Below are positions 49,870-58,005 of a stretch of DNA of 64,000 nucleotides, one piece after another. Source of the stretch: Candidatus Eiseniibacteriota bacterium (GTDB lineage Bacteria > Eisenbacteria > RBG-16-71-46 > JABDJR01); NCBI GenBank assembly GCA_963783375.1, contig CAWANH010000028.1:896001-960000 (forward strand). The letters run 5' to 3'. The notes beneath the pieces are model-generated. The model was given only the letters and a program-made list of their open reading frames with translations. It was not told the DNA's origin and made no database searches. The translations under genes and the position numbers were made by a program. The first letter of the stretch is position 1, and every line of letters begins with the position of its first letter.

Positions 49870-49967
49870 AAGTGCTAAACTGATTTGGCTGGGGTGGCCC
49901 GTCTGAGGTTTCGGGATTTCCGGCCGATAATCAACGAGGCTGGAAGTCCCCTCTGGAGGTTCGATCT

Positions 49968-50654
49968 ATGAAGCGCGCATTGAGGTTCTTGGTCATCGCC
50001 GCGGTGGCCGGGATATTCATCAAGGGATGCATCTTTTCCCCGACGACGAAGCCCCCGGTGGAGATCAAGGCCTACAAGGCCGCCACCACCCCCGAGAACG
50101 TGGCGTTCAACCTTCAGAACGCCTACGCGAGGAAGGACATCGAGGCCTACGGGAAGCTCATGGCCCCGGAGTTTCGTTTCTACTTCCAGGAGGCGGACGT
50201 GCCCGCGGAGCTGGGCCGGGACTACTGGGTCCACGACGAGGACTCCACCCATACCGACATTCTCTTCCGCACCCCCGAGGTGAACAGCATCAGCATCACC
50301 CTGACCTACGGGGCGGCCACCGTGCCGACCGAGCTGGACAAACCCGCCGGGTCCATGAAGATCCACGTGACCGCCCACCTCGATGTGGACGACGTGAACG
50401 GCACCACCTACGTGGTGGACGGCGACTTCGAGGACATGTATTTCCGGAAGGGGCTGATGGAGAACGCGGACGAGGACACCACCCTCTGGTACCTCTTCGA
50501 ATGGCACGACATCAAGAATCCCGGCGGGACCGGCGCCGCCCCCACCGGCGGGCTGAGTCCGGCCGGCGCGGTCTCGGACGTGTCCGGCGGAGTGCAGACG
50601 GTGTCCTGGGGCGAGCTCTTGAAGGAAACCGGAGTAGAGCCCCCGACACCTTGA
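49968..50654 (+). CDS. Tandem lipoprotein paralog 1
   Basis: GGAGG RBS; lipobox IKGC; core PENVA.NL..AY..D...Y..L.APEFRFYFQ...WYLFEWHDI; tail SWGELLK. Confidence 0.85.
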   Translation: MKRALRFLVIAAVAGIFIKGCIFSPTTKPPVEIKAYKAATTPENVAFNLQNAYARKDIEAYGKLMAPEFRFYFQEADVPAELGRDYWVHDEDSTHTDILFRTPEVNSISITLTYGAATVPTELDKPAGSMKIHVTAHLDVDDVNGTTYVVDGDFEDMYFRKGLMENADEDTTLWYLFEWHDIKNPGGTGAAPTGGLSPAGAVSDVSGGVQTVSWGELLKETGVEPPTP

Positions 50655-50860
50655 TACATGGCGGCCACGTACCCCCGGTCGCCTGACGGCCGTTTCCCCC
50701 GGCCCTGACAGAGTCCGTCCCGGCGGCGCAATGCGTCGCGCGGGTCCGGTGTGGCCGTGTCATTCCCGCGGCTGCCCGGGACGTTTCCGCTCGCCCATCC
50801 GAGGCTCCGGCGCCCCCACCGCCGCCCCGGGCGAGGCCGGGCGTCGATGGAGGAGTCGCC

Positions 50861-51529
50861 ATGAAGCTGCTCGCCCGATCCGGATTCGGGGCGTTGATCG
50901 TGTCCGTCGTCCTGGGGTTCGTGGGGTCCGGCTGTGCCGACAAGGTCACGGATTCGGGCCGGAGCCCCGACTATCGGCCCCGGACGTCCCCCGAGAACGT
51001 CGCCAGCAACCTGGCCGAGGCCTATCGGGCCCGGGACGCCGAGGCCTACGCCAGGCTCCTGGCCCCCGAGTTCCGCTTCTACTTCCAGAGTCGGGACGTG
51101 CCCCCGGACCTGGGACGGGATTACTGGATCCGCGACGAGGACCTGAGCCATACCGGGAGCCTCTTCGCGGCCGGCGAGGTGAGGGGGATCGACGTCGACC
51201 TGCTCTACGGGCCGGCCACCGATCCCACCGAGCTGGACAAGGCCAGCGGGACCAAGAAGATCCACGTGACCGCCCGGGTCCAGGTGCGGGACCGGTACGG
51301 CGTCGATTACCAGGTGAACGGGGACTTCCAGGATCTCTTCTTCCGGAAGGGGCTCCCGGCCGGCGCCGGCGAGGACACGACCCTCTGGTACCTCTTCGAG
51401 TGGCGCGACATCCGGAACCCCGGCGGGACCGGGTTCGCGCCCGGGGGCGGGATGGATTTGGCGGGGGCGCCGGGGCCGACCCCGGTCGAGCGGATCACCT
51501 GGGGGAAGATCAAGCAGCTGTTCCCGTGA
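50861..51529 (+). CDS. Tandem lipoprotein paralog 2
   Basis: AGGAG RBS; GSGC lipobox; same core; tail TWGKIKQLFP. Confidence 0.85.
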   Translation: MKLLARSGFGALIVSVVLGFVGSGCADKVTDSGRSPDYRPRTSPENVASNLAEAYRARDAEAYARLLAPEFRFYFQSRDVPPDLGRDYWIRDEDLSHTGSLFAAGEVRGIDVDLLYGPATDPTELDKASGTKKIHVTARVQVRDRYGVDYQVNGDFQDLFFRKGLPAGAGEDTTLWYLFEWRDIRNPGGTGFAPGGGMDLAGAPGPTPVERITWGKIKQLFP

Positions 51530-51579
51530 GCCCGCCCACGGCGGCGCGGGACCGGACGGGCCAGAGAGGGGGAACGATC

Positions 51580-52245
51580 ATGAAGCCGCGTGTTCGAACC
51601 GCGTCGCGGGTTCTCTTCGCCGCCGTTCTGCTCGGGGCGGTCGGAGGCGGGTGTAAGGACAAGTCCACCAACGTCATCGTGGAGCCCTTGATTCCGCCGT
51701 ACAAACCCGCCACCAGCCCGGAGAACGTGACCTACGATCTTCAGATCTGCTACCAGCACCGGGACATCGAGGTCTACGGAAAGCTTCTGGCTCCCGAGTT
51801 CCGGTTCTACTTCCAGGCCGCGGACGTGCCCGCGGAGCTGGGCCGGGACTACTGGCTCCACGACGAGGACTCGACCCACACCGACATCCTCTTCCGCACC
51901 CCGCAGGTGAACAACATCAGCATCACCCTGACCTACGGGGCGGCCACCCCGCCGACCGAGCCGGACAAGCCCGCCGGATCCATGAAGATCCACGTGACCG
52001 CCCACCTGGAGGTGGGCGACGTGAGCGGCATCACCTACATCGTGGACGGCGACTTCGAGGATCTCTACTTCCGCAAAGGGCTTCTCCAGAGCGCGGGCGA
52101 GGACACCACGAAGTGGTACCTCTTCGAGTGGCACGACATCCGGAACCACGGTTCCTACGGCGCTTCATCCGGCGGCCCGGCCGGCGTGGAGTTCGCGGCG
52201 GTCCGGGGGACGACCTGGGGAAGGCTCAAGACCCGGTACAACTGA
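51580..52245 (+). CDS. Tandem lipoprotein paralog 3
   Basis: Start MKPRVRTAS; GGGC lipobox; same core; tail TWGRLKTRYN. Confidence 0.85.
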   Translation: MKPRVRTASRVLFAAVLLGAVGGGCKDKSTNVIVEPLIPPYKPATSPENVTYDLQICYQHRDIEVYGKLLAPEFRFYFQAADVPAELGRDYWLHDEDSTHTDILFRTPQVNNISITLTYGAATPPTEPDKPAGSMKIHVTAHLEVGDVSGITYIVDGDFEDLYFRKGLLQSAGEDTTKWYLFEWHDIRNHGSYGASSGGPAGVEFAAVRGTTWGRLKTRYN

Positions 52246-52268
52246 GCCCCGTGGAGGGAGTTCGGGCA

Positions 52269-52916
52269 ATGAAAACATGGATGCGAAACGGACTCGGGTT
52301 CCTGGCCGCGGCCGCCCTGATCACGACCGCGGGCCTGGGCTGCAAGGACAAGACCACGGAGCCGGCGCCGGACACGACCCAGGTCTCCCCCGAAATGGTG
52401 GCGGAGAGTCTCCAGATGGCGTACCGGGACCGGGACATCGATCTCTACGACAAGCTCCTGGCCCCCGAGTTCCGGTTCTACTTCCAGGACGCCGACGTGT
52501 CCCAGGACCTGGGCCGGGTCTACTGGATCCACGACCAGGACTCCACCGCCACCGGCATCCTCTTCCGCACCCCCCAGGTGAATGGGATCTACGTGACCCT
52601 GACCTACGGAGAAGCCACCGCCGCCACCGAAGTGGGCATGCCCCCCGGAGCGATGAAGGTCCACGCCACCGCCCATCTCGATGTGGACGACGTGAACGGC
52701 ACCACCTACGTGGTGGACGGGGACTACGAGGACTTCTACTTCCGCAAGGGGCTCCTCCAGAACGCGGGCGAGGACACCACGAAGTGGTATCTGTTCGAGT
52801 GGCACGACATCAATCATGCCCGGGGCAACGGCGCCGGACCCGGCGGCCTCTCCGGGGTGGAGTCCACGGCGACCGAGAGGACGACCTGGGGCTCCATCAA
52901 GCTGATGTATCGGTGA
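52269..52916 (+). CDS. Tandem lipoprotein paralog 4
   Basis: Start MKTWMRNG; GLGC lipobox; same core; tail TWGSIKLMYR. Confidence 0.85.
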   Translation: MKTWMRNGLGFLAAAALITTAGLGCKDKTTEPAPDTTQVSPEMVAESLQMAYRDRDIDLYDKLLAPEFRFYFQDADVSQDLGRVYWIHDQDSTATGILFRTPQVNGIYVTLTYGEATAATEVGMPPGAMKVHATAHLDVDDVNGTTYVVDGDYEDFYFRKGLLQNAGEDTTKWYLFEWHDINHARGNGAGPGGLSGVESTATERTTWGSIKLMYR

Positions 52917-52963
52917 TCCGGGAGGCGGACGGGTCTTCGGCTCCCCGGGATCGGTCCGCCCGC

Positions 52964-52993
52964 TTGACACTCCCGCCCCCTCCTCCGTAGCCT
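52964..52993 (+). promoter_or_regulatory. Sigma70-type promoter
   Basis: TTGACA-18 nt-TAGCCT upstream of the deacetylase gene. Confidence 0.5.
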
Positions 52994-53104
52994 GCCTGGG
53001 CTCGTCGTGAACCGCGCGGTGGGCGCCGATCCCGGAACCGGCCCGATTTGCCATGACCCGGGCCCTCGACCCGGCGGCGCCCCGAGCGCGACCCGAACCG
53101 GAAT

Positions 53105-54331
53105 TTGAACCCGCTCTCACCCGGGAGGCGCGCCATCTCTCGTCGTCATCGCCGCCGCCGCCGCTCCCCGCTGCGGGTGATCTTCCTCCTGGTCCTGGTG
53201 GCCGCGGCGGCGTACTTCGGCGGCCGCTACCTGCTCTCCCCGCCCGGCCGCTACCTGGTGGCCACCCGGCTCTGGAACGGGAAGCCCTCCCGCATGAAGC
53301 CGGTCCTGGAGGAGGCCATGGCCCGGGCGGCGCGGCGCCTCGATCTTCCCCCCCCCATGCCCCAGCTCATCTGCAAGCCGGACACCACCGGATCGAGCAT
53401 CTGCCGCTCCACCATCGCTCTTCCCCCGGGGGTGAGCACCATCCAGGCCAACGCCGAGCTCACCCGGGCGCTCACCGGGCTGGGGACCCAGTTCGTCTCC
53501 GGCGCCCAGAGCCCCGACGGCACGGTGGAGATCAGCTTCCGGGCCGGGAAGCGGGTGACCCTGGCCCTCACCCTCCTCCCTCCGGTGGGGACCGGCCTCG
53601 ACACCATGATGGCCCCCGCCCCCAACCTCCCCCAGGTCGAGGTCCGGGCGCGGCTGGCCCTCATCATCGACGACTACGGGGAGGACGCCGGGGCCTCGGC
53701 CCGGTTCCAGGGGCTTCCCGGGACCTTCACCGCCGCCGTCCGCTCCAACCTGGACGACCCCGGGCGGATCGCCGACCAGGCCCGCAAAGCCGGTTTCGAG
53801 GTGATCCTGAACCTCCCCATGGAGCCCGAGAACTACCCCACCCGGACCCCCGGCTCCGACGCCATCCTGGTCGATCTCTCCGGCCGCGAGATCCGAAAAC
53901 GGGTGGACGACGCCCTGGACCGGGTGGGTCCGGTGCCCGGGGTGAAGTCCTACATGGGCGCCCTGGCGGTGGAGGATCGCGACGTCGTCCGGCCGGTCCT
54001 GGAGGAGATCAAGAAGCGCGGGCTCTTCTTCGTGGACGCGGCCATGTCCAACTACTCCACCGTTCCCGAGCTGGCCCACGAGATCGGGGTTCCCAGCCTC
54101 TCCATCACCTCCCAGTCCGAGGTGGACCTGGGGCGGCACGACGCCGGCACCATCGGGATCCGGTTCGAGGACCTGGTCAACACCTGCCGCCGCCGGGGCT
54201 ACGCGGTGGGCATCATCCACGCCCGGGAGGGCACCCTGAGCGTGCTGCGGGACCGGCTCCCGGGCCTGGCCCGGGAGGGGATCGTGGTCATGGGGCTTTC
54301 CGAGGTGATGAAAGCCCACGAGCTGGAGTAA
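53105..54331 (+). CDS. Divergent polysaccharide deacetylase (YibQ-like) family protein
   Basis: N-terminal TM; ALIIDD.G, LPMEP..YP...PG, YMG, FFVD, A.GI.H. Confidence 0.85.
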   Translation: MNPLSPGRRAISRRHRRRRRSPLRVIFLLVLVAAAAYFGGRYLLSPPGRYLVATRLWNGKPSRMKPVLEEAMARAARRLDLPPPMPQLICKPDTTGSSICRSTIALPPGVSTIQANAELTRALTGLGTQFVSGAQSPDGTVEISFRAGKRVTLALTLLPPVGTGLDTMMAPAPNLPQVEVRARLALIIDDYGEDAGASARFQGLPGTFTAAVRSNLDDPGRIADQARKAGFEVILNLPMEPENYPTRTPGSDAILVDLSGREIRKRVDDALDRVGPVPGVKSYMGALAVEDRDVVRPVLEEIKKRGLFFVDAAMSNYSTVPELAHEIGVPSLSITSQSEVDLGRHDAGTIGIRFEDLVNTCRRRGYAVGIIHAREGTLSVLRDRLPGLAREGIVVMGLSEVMKAHELE

Positions 54332-54435
54332 CGGGGGGCCTCCCACCGGCAACCCGCCCCGGGGGCGCGATTTAGCCTCGTCGATCTAAGTGATTGCGCG
54401 CCAAGGAGCCGCGAGGGCAAGGCACCGGCTTTTCG

Positions 54436-54464
54436 TTGACAGACCCGGGGGGGTGGCGTAGCAT
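54436..54464 (+). promoter_or_regulatory. Sigma70-type promoter of secDF
   Basis: TTGACA-17 nt-TAGCAT. Confidence 0.65.
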
Positions 54465-54512
54465 GTGGCGCCTTGTGTTCCATCCCCTGATTGCTCCCAC
54501 GGAGTGTTCTTG

Positions 54513-56153
54513 ATGAGTAACCTGCGCTGGAAATGGGCCCTCCTGGTCATCGTGCTCGCGGTGTTCGGGTGGTACCTGGTCCCCACGATCCGCTACTACT
54601 CCATGCCCCCGGACGTTCAATCCTCGAACGTCCCCCGGGTGGAAAAGATCCGTGAAGGGGCCATGAAGCTCGGCCTCGACCTTCAGGGCGGTTCCTACCT
54701 GGTCTACGAAGTGGACCTGGCCAAGATCCCCAAGGAGCAGCGCCGGGGGGACGAGGTGGACCGGGCCATCGAGATCATCCGGAACCGCATCGACCAGTTC
54801 GGGGTGAGCGAGCCGGTCATCCAGAAGCAGGGCCAGGACCGGATCGTGGTTCAGCTCCCGGGCCTGACCGACCCGGAGCGGGCGAAAGAGCTGGTCGGGA
54901 AGACCGCCCGGCTGGAGTTCCGGCTGGTCAAGACCAAGCAGGAGTTCTACCAGGCCCTGGCCGCCATGGACGTGGCGGTGGCCCGGCGGGAGAAGCTGGG
55001 CGACTTCGCCGACACCGCTTCCGTGGCCGCCGGCGACAGCGCGGCCGCGGCGGACACCACCGCCGCCTCCACCAACCCCTTCACCCGGCTCCTCACCCAG
55101 GCCCAGAACGCCGACGCCGGGTACGCCTACGTCCCCGCCGAGAACTACGACAAGGCCCACGCCATGTGGGAGGCGGTGGCCTACGACTCCACCAAGGAGG
55201 AGCCCCGGGTCCTGGCCGGGAACACCGTGCTTCTCTGGGGGGACCGGCAGTTCGGTTCGGGGACCGAGAACCCCGGCCGGTATCTCTACGCCCTGAGCGG
55301 CCGGCCGGATCTCACCGGGGATCAGGTGGCCGACGCCAAGGTGGCCTTCGGTCTGGAGCCGGCCCGGCCCAACGCCCCCGGGGTGAGCCTCACCCTGGAC
55401 AAGCGCGGCGCGGGCATCTTCACCCGGCTCACCGGGAACAACGTGGGACGCCAGCTGGCCATCGTTCTCGACAACACCGTGAAATCGGCCCCGGTCATCC
55501 AGGACAAGATCCGGGGCGGCCGCGCCTCGATCACCGGTCTCCAGGGGGACAACGAGGCCAAGGACCTGGGGATCGTGCTCCGGGCGGGGGCCCTGCCCAC
55601 CGACCTCATCCTCCAGGAGGAGCGGACGGTGGGTCCGTCCCTCGGGAAGGACAGCATCCGGGAGGGGCTTCAGGCCTCGCTGTTCGGGCTGATCCTGGTG
55701 GTGGGGTTCACCGCGATCTACTACCGGCTTTCCGGGATCGTCGCGGTGATGGCGCTCCTCATCAACCTCTTCTTCATCGTCGCCACCCTGAGCATGCTCC
55801 GAGGGACGTTGACCCTGCCCGGCATAGCCGGCGTGGTGCTCACCATCGGTATGGCGGTGGACGCCAACGTGCTCATCCTGGAACGTGTGCGCGAGGAGCT
55901 TCGAAACGGCAAGACGGTCCGGGGGGCGATCGAGGCGGGCTACGGCCGGGCCTTCATCACCATCCTGGACTCGAACCTGACCACCCTGATCTCCTCGGTG
56001 GTGCTGTTCCAGTTCGGCACCGGTCCCATCAAGGGTTTTGCCATCACCCTGATGATCGGGATCATCGCCAACGTCTTCACCGCGGTCTTCGTGACGCGGC
56101 TGGTCTACGACTCCTTCATGGCCAAGCGGCCGATCAAGAAGCTGAGTATCTAG
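54513..56153 (+). CDS. secD: Protein translocase subunit SecD
   Basis: LGLDLQGG, RNRIDQFGVSEP, LAIVLD, LRAGALP, VGPSLG, GMAVDANVLI.ER, DSNLTT. Confidence 0.96.
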   Translation: MSNLRWKWALLVIVLAVFGWYLVPTIRYYSMPPDVQSSNVPRVEKIREGAMKLGLDLQGGSYLVYEVDLAKIPKEQRRGDEVDRAIEIIRNRIDQFGVSEPVIQKQGQDRIVVQLPGLTDPERAKELVGKTARLEFRLVKTKQEFYQALAAMDVAVARREKLGDFADTASVAAGDSAAAADTTAASTNPFTRLLTQAQNADAGYAYVPAENYDKAHAMWEAVAYDSTKEEPRVLAGNTVLLWGDRQFGSGTENPGRYLYALSGRPDLTGDQVADAKVAFGLEPARPNAPGVSLTLDKRGAGIFTRLTGNNVGRQLAIVLDNTVKSAPVIQDKIRGGRASITGLQGDNEAKDLGIVLRAGALPTDLILQEERTVGPSLGKDSIREGLQASLFGLILVVGFTAIYYRLSGIVAVMALLINLFFIVATLSMLRGTLTLPGIAGVVLTIGMAVDANVLILERVREELRNGKTVRGAIEAGYGRAFITILDSNLTTLISSVVLFQFGTGPIKGFAITLMIGIIANVFTAVFVTRLVYDSFMAKRPIKKLSI

Positions 56154-56162
56154 GGAGCGTCC

Positions 56163-57110
56163 ATGTTTGAGATCTTCGTCGGCGCCAAGTTCAATTTCAT
56201 GGGACACCGGCGCTTCGCGTACTTCATCTCCGGGTCCCTGATCCTGATCAGCATCCTCTCCCTGGTCCTCCACGGGGGCCCGCGGGAGTCGATCGACTTC
56301 ACCGGGGGCACCGTCCTCTACCTCGGGTTCAATCCCAAGGTGGCGGTGGGGGACATCCGCTCCGCGGCCCAGAAAGCCGGGCTGGGCGGGGTGCAGGTCC
56401 AGATGGCCGAGGACGGGAGCCAGGCCATCCTTCACTTCGGCAAGAACGAGACCTCGGGGGACGCCTTCCAGAACTTCCAGGGCCAGCTCGATCTGACCCA
56501 TCCCGAGGTGACCCTGACCCTCCTGAGCCAGGAGACGGTCGGGCCCAAGGTGGGGAGCGAGCTGGAAGAGAAGGCCACCCTGGCCATCCTCTGGAGCCTC
56601 GTCCTCATCCTCATCTACATCGCCTGGCGGTTCACCCGCTTCAGCTTCGGTTTTGGCGCGGTGCTGGCACTCTTCCACGACATCCTCATCACCCTGGGCC
56701 TCTTTTCCGTCCTGAACCGGGAGATCAGCCTCACCGTGGTGGCGGCCTTCCTCACCATCGGCGGGTACTCGATCAACGACACCATCGTGGTGTTCGATCG
56801 GATCCGGGAGAACATGGGGCTCATCCGCCGGATGAGCTTCGCCGAGGTCATCAACAAGAGCGTGAACCAGACCCTGAGCCGCACCGTGCTGACCGCGGGA
56901 ACCACGCTCCTGGCCGTTCTGGCCCTCTTCTTCCTGGGCGGGCCGGTCATCCACGAGTTTGCCCTGGCCATGCTGGTCGGGGTGGTGATCGGAACCTACT
57001 CGTCCATCTTCGTGGCCAGCTCCCTGGCCCTGGACATCTCCAGCTGGTGGACCCGGCGGAAGCAGACCAAGACCGCCGGAACCTCGGCCAAGGCGGTGGC
57101 CACCCGCTAG
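56163..57110 (+). CDS. secF: Protein translocase subunit SecF
   Basis: IDFTGG, VGP.VG.EL, L.HD, GYSINDTIVVFDRIREN, QTLSRT, GTYSSIF. Confidence 0.96.
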   Translation: MFEIFVGAKFNFMGHRRFAYFISGSLILISILSLVLHGGPRESIDFTGGTVLYLGFNPKVAVGDIRSAAQKAGLGGVQVQMAEDGSQAILHFGKNETSGDAFQNFQGQLDLTHPEVTLTLLSQETVGPKVGSELEEKATLAILWSLVLILIYIAWRFTRFSFGFGAVLALFHDILITLGLFSVLNREISLTVVAAFLTIGGYSINDTIVVFDRIRENMGLIRRMSFAEVINKSVNQTLSRTVLTAGTTLLAVLALFFLGGPVIHEFALAMLVGVVIGTYSSIFVASSLALDISSWWTRRKQTKTAGTSAKAVATR

Positions 57111-57309
57111 TTGCCCGGGTCCGGCCCCGCCCGCTCCGGGGGCCGGTGGGGTCCCTCCCCCCCGGAATTCGGCCGTCGCCTCCGCTTCGGGTGGAATCCC
57201 GACCCGCCCGATCCGTTATACTAAGAGGTTACAATCAGCTTTCGAGGCCGCCCCCTCACGGCTTCCCGGGAACTCCTTCCCGCTTTCGAGCGTCCAATGG
57301 GTTGAGCCT

Positions 57310-57996
57310 ATGAAGCTTAGAATACTGATTCCCACCCTGGTCCTTGCCTCCTCCCTGGCCGTCGCCGCGGCCTGGGTCCCGCCGGCCCACGCCCTGGACC
57401 AGGGATTCCGCATCGCCCGGCTCAAGTACGGGGGCGGAGGGGACTGGTACTCCAACCCCACGTCGCTCCCCAATCTCATGAAGGCGCTGCGGAGCCGCAC
57501 CGCGATCGAGGTGGCCGGCGACCAGGAGGCGCGGGTGGAGCTTCTGGACGAGAACCTCTTCTCGTATCCGTTGATCTACATGAACGGCCACGGGGAGGTC
57601 CGGTTCAGCCAGGCCGAGGTCGATCGCCTGCACCAGTACCTGGACCGGGGAGGCTTCCTGTGGGCGGACGACAACTACGGGATGGACCGCTCGTTCCGGC
57701 GCGAGATCGCCAAGGTGTTCCCCGGACACGATCTGGTGGAGATCCCTTTCAATCACAATGTGTTCCACGACTTCTACGATCTGCCCCAGGGAACCCCGAA
57801 GGTCCACGAGCACGACGGGTTGCCCGCCCAGTCCCTTGGGCTCTTCGACAAGGGGAGGCTCGTCGTCCTCTACACTTACCAGTCGGACATCGGGGACGGC
57901 ATGGAGGATCCGGAGGTTCACAACGACCCGGCCCCCATCCGTGAGAAGGCCATGGAGTTCGCGGTCAATCTCGTGGTCTACGTCATGACCCACTAG
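57310..57996 (+). CDS. DUF4159 domain periplasmic protein
   Basis: Signal peptide; IARLKY.GGGDWY, YP..YM.GHG, GGFL.ADDNYG, PKVHEHDG. Confidence 0.88.
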   Translation: MKLRILIPTLVLASSLAVAAAWVPPAHALDQGFRIARLKYGGGGDWYSNPTSLPNLMKALRSRTAIEVAGDQEARVELLDENLFSYPLIYMNGHGEVRFSQAEVDRLHQYLDRGGFLWADDNYGMDRSFRREIAKVFPGHDLVEIPFNHNVFHDFYDLPQGTPKVHEHDGLPAQSLGLFDKGRLVVLYTYQSDIGDGMEDPEVHNDPAPIREKAMEFAVNLVVYVMTH

Positions 57997-58005
57997 GAGC
58001 GAGCC

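Noticed and set aside
49968-52916. Diversity-generating retroelement or CRISPR-like explanation for the repeats
   Set aside because: No reverse transcriptase or cas gene; the repeats are whole coding paralogs, differences are not confined to adenines, and there is no repeat-spacer periodicity.
54447-54453. G7 run in the secDF promoter spacer as a phase-variation switch
   Set aside because: G/C runs of this length are frequent in the window, and the spacer is already the optimal 17 nt.
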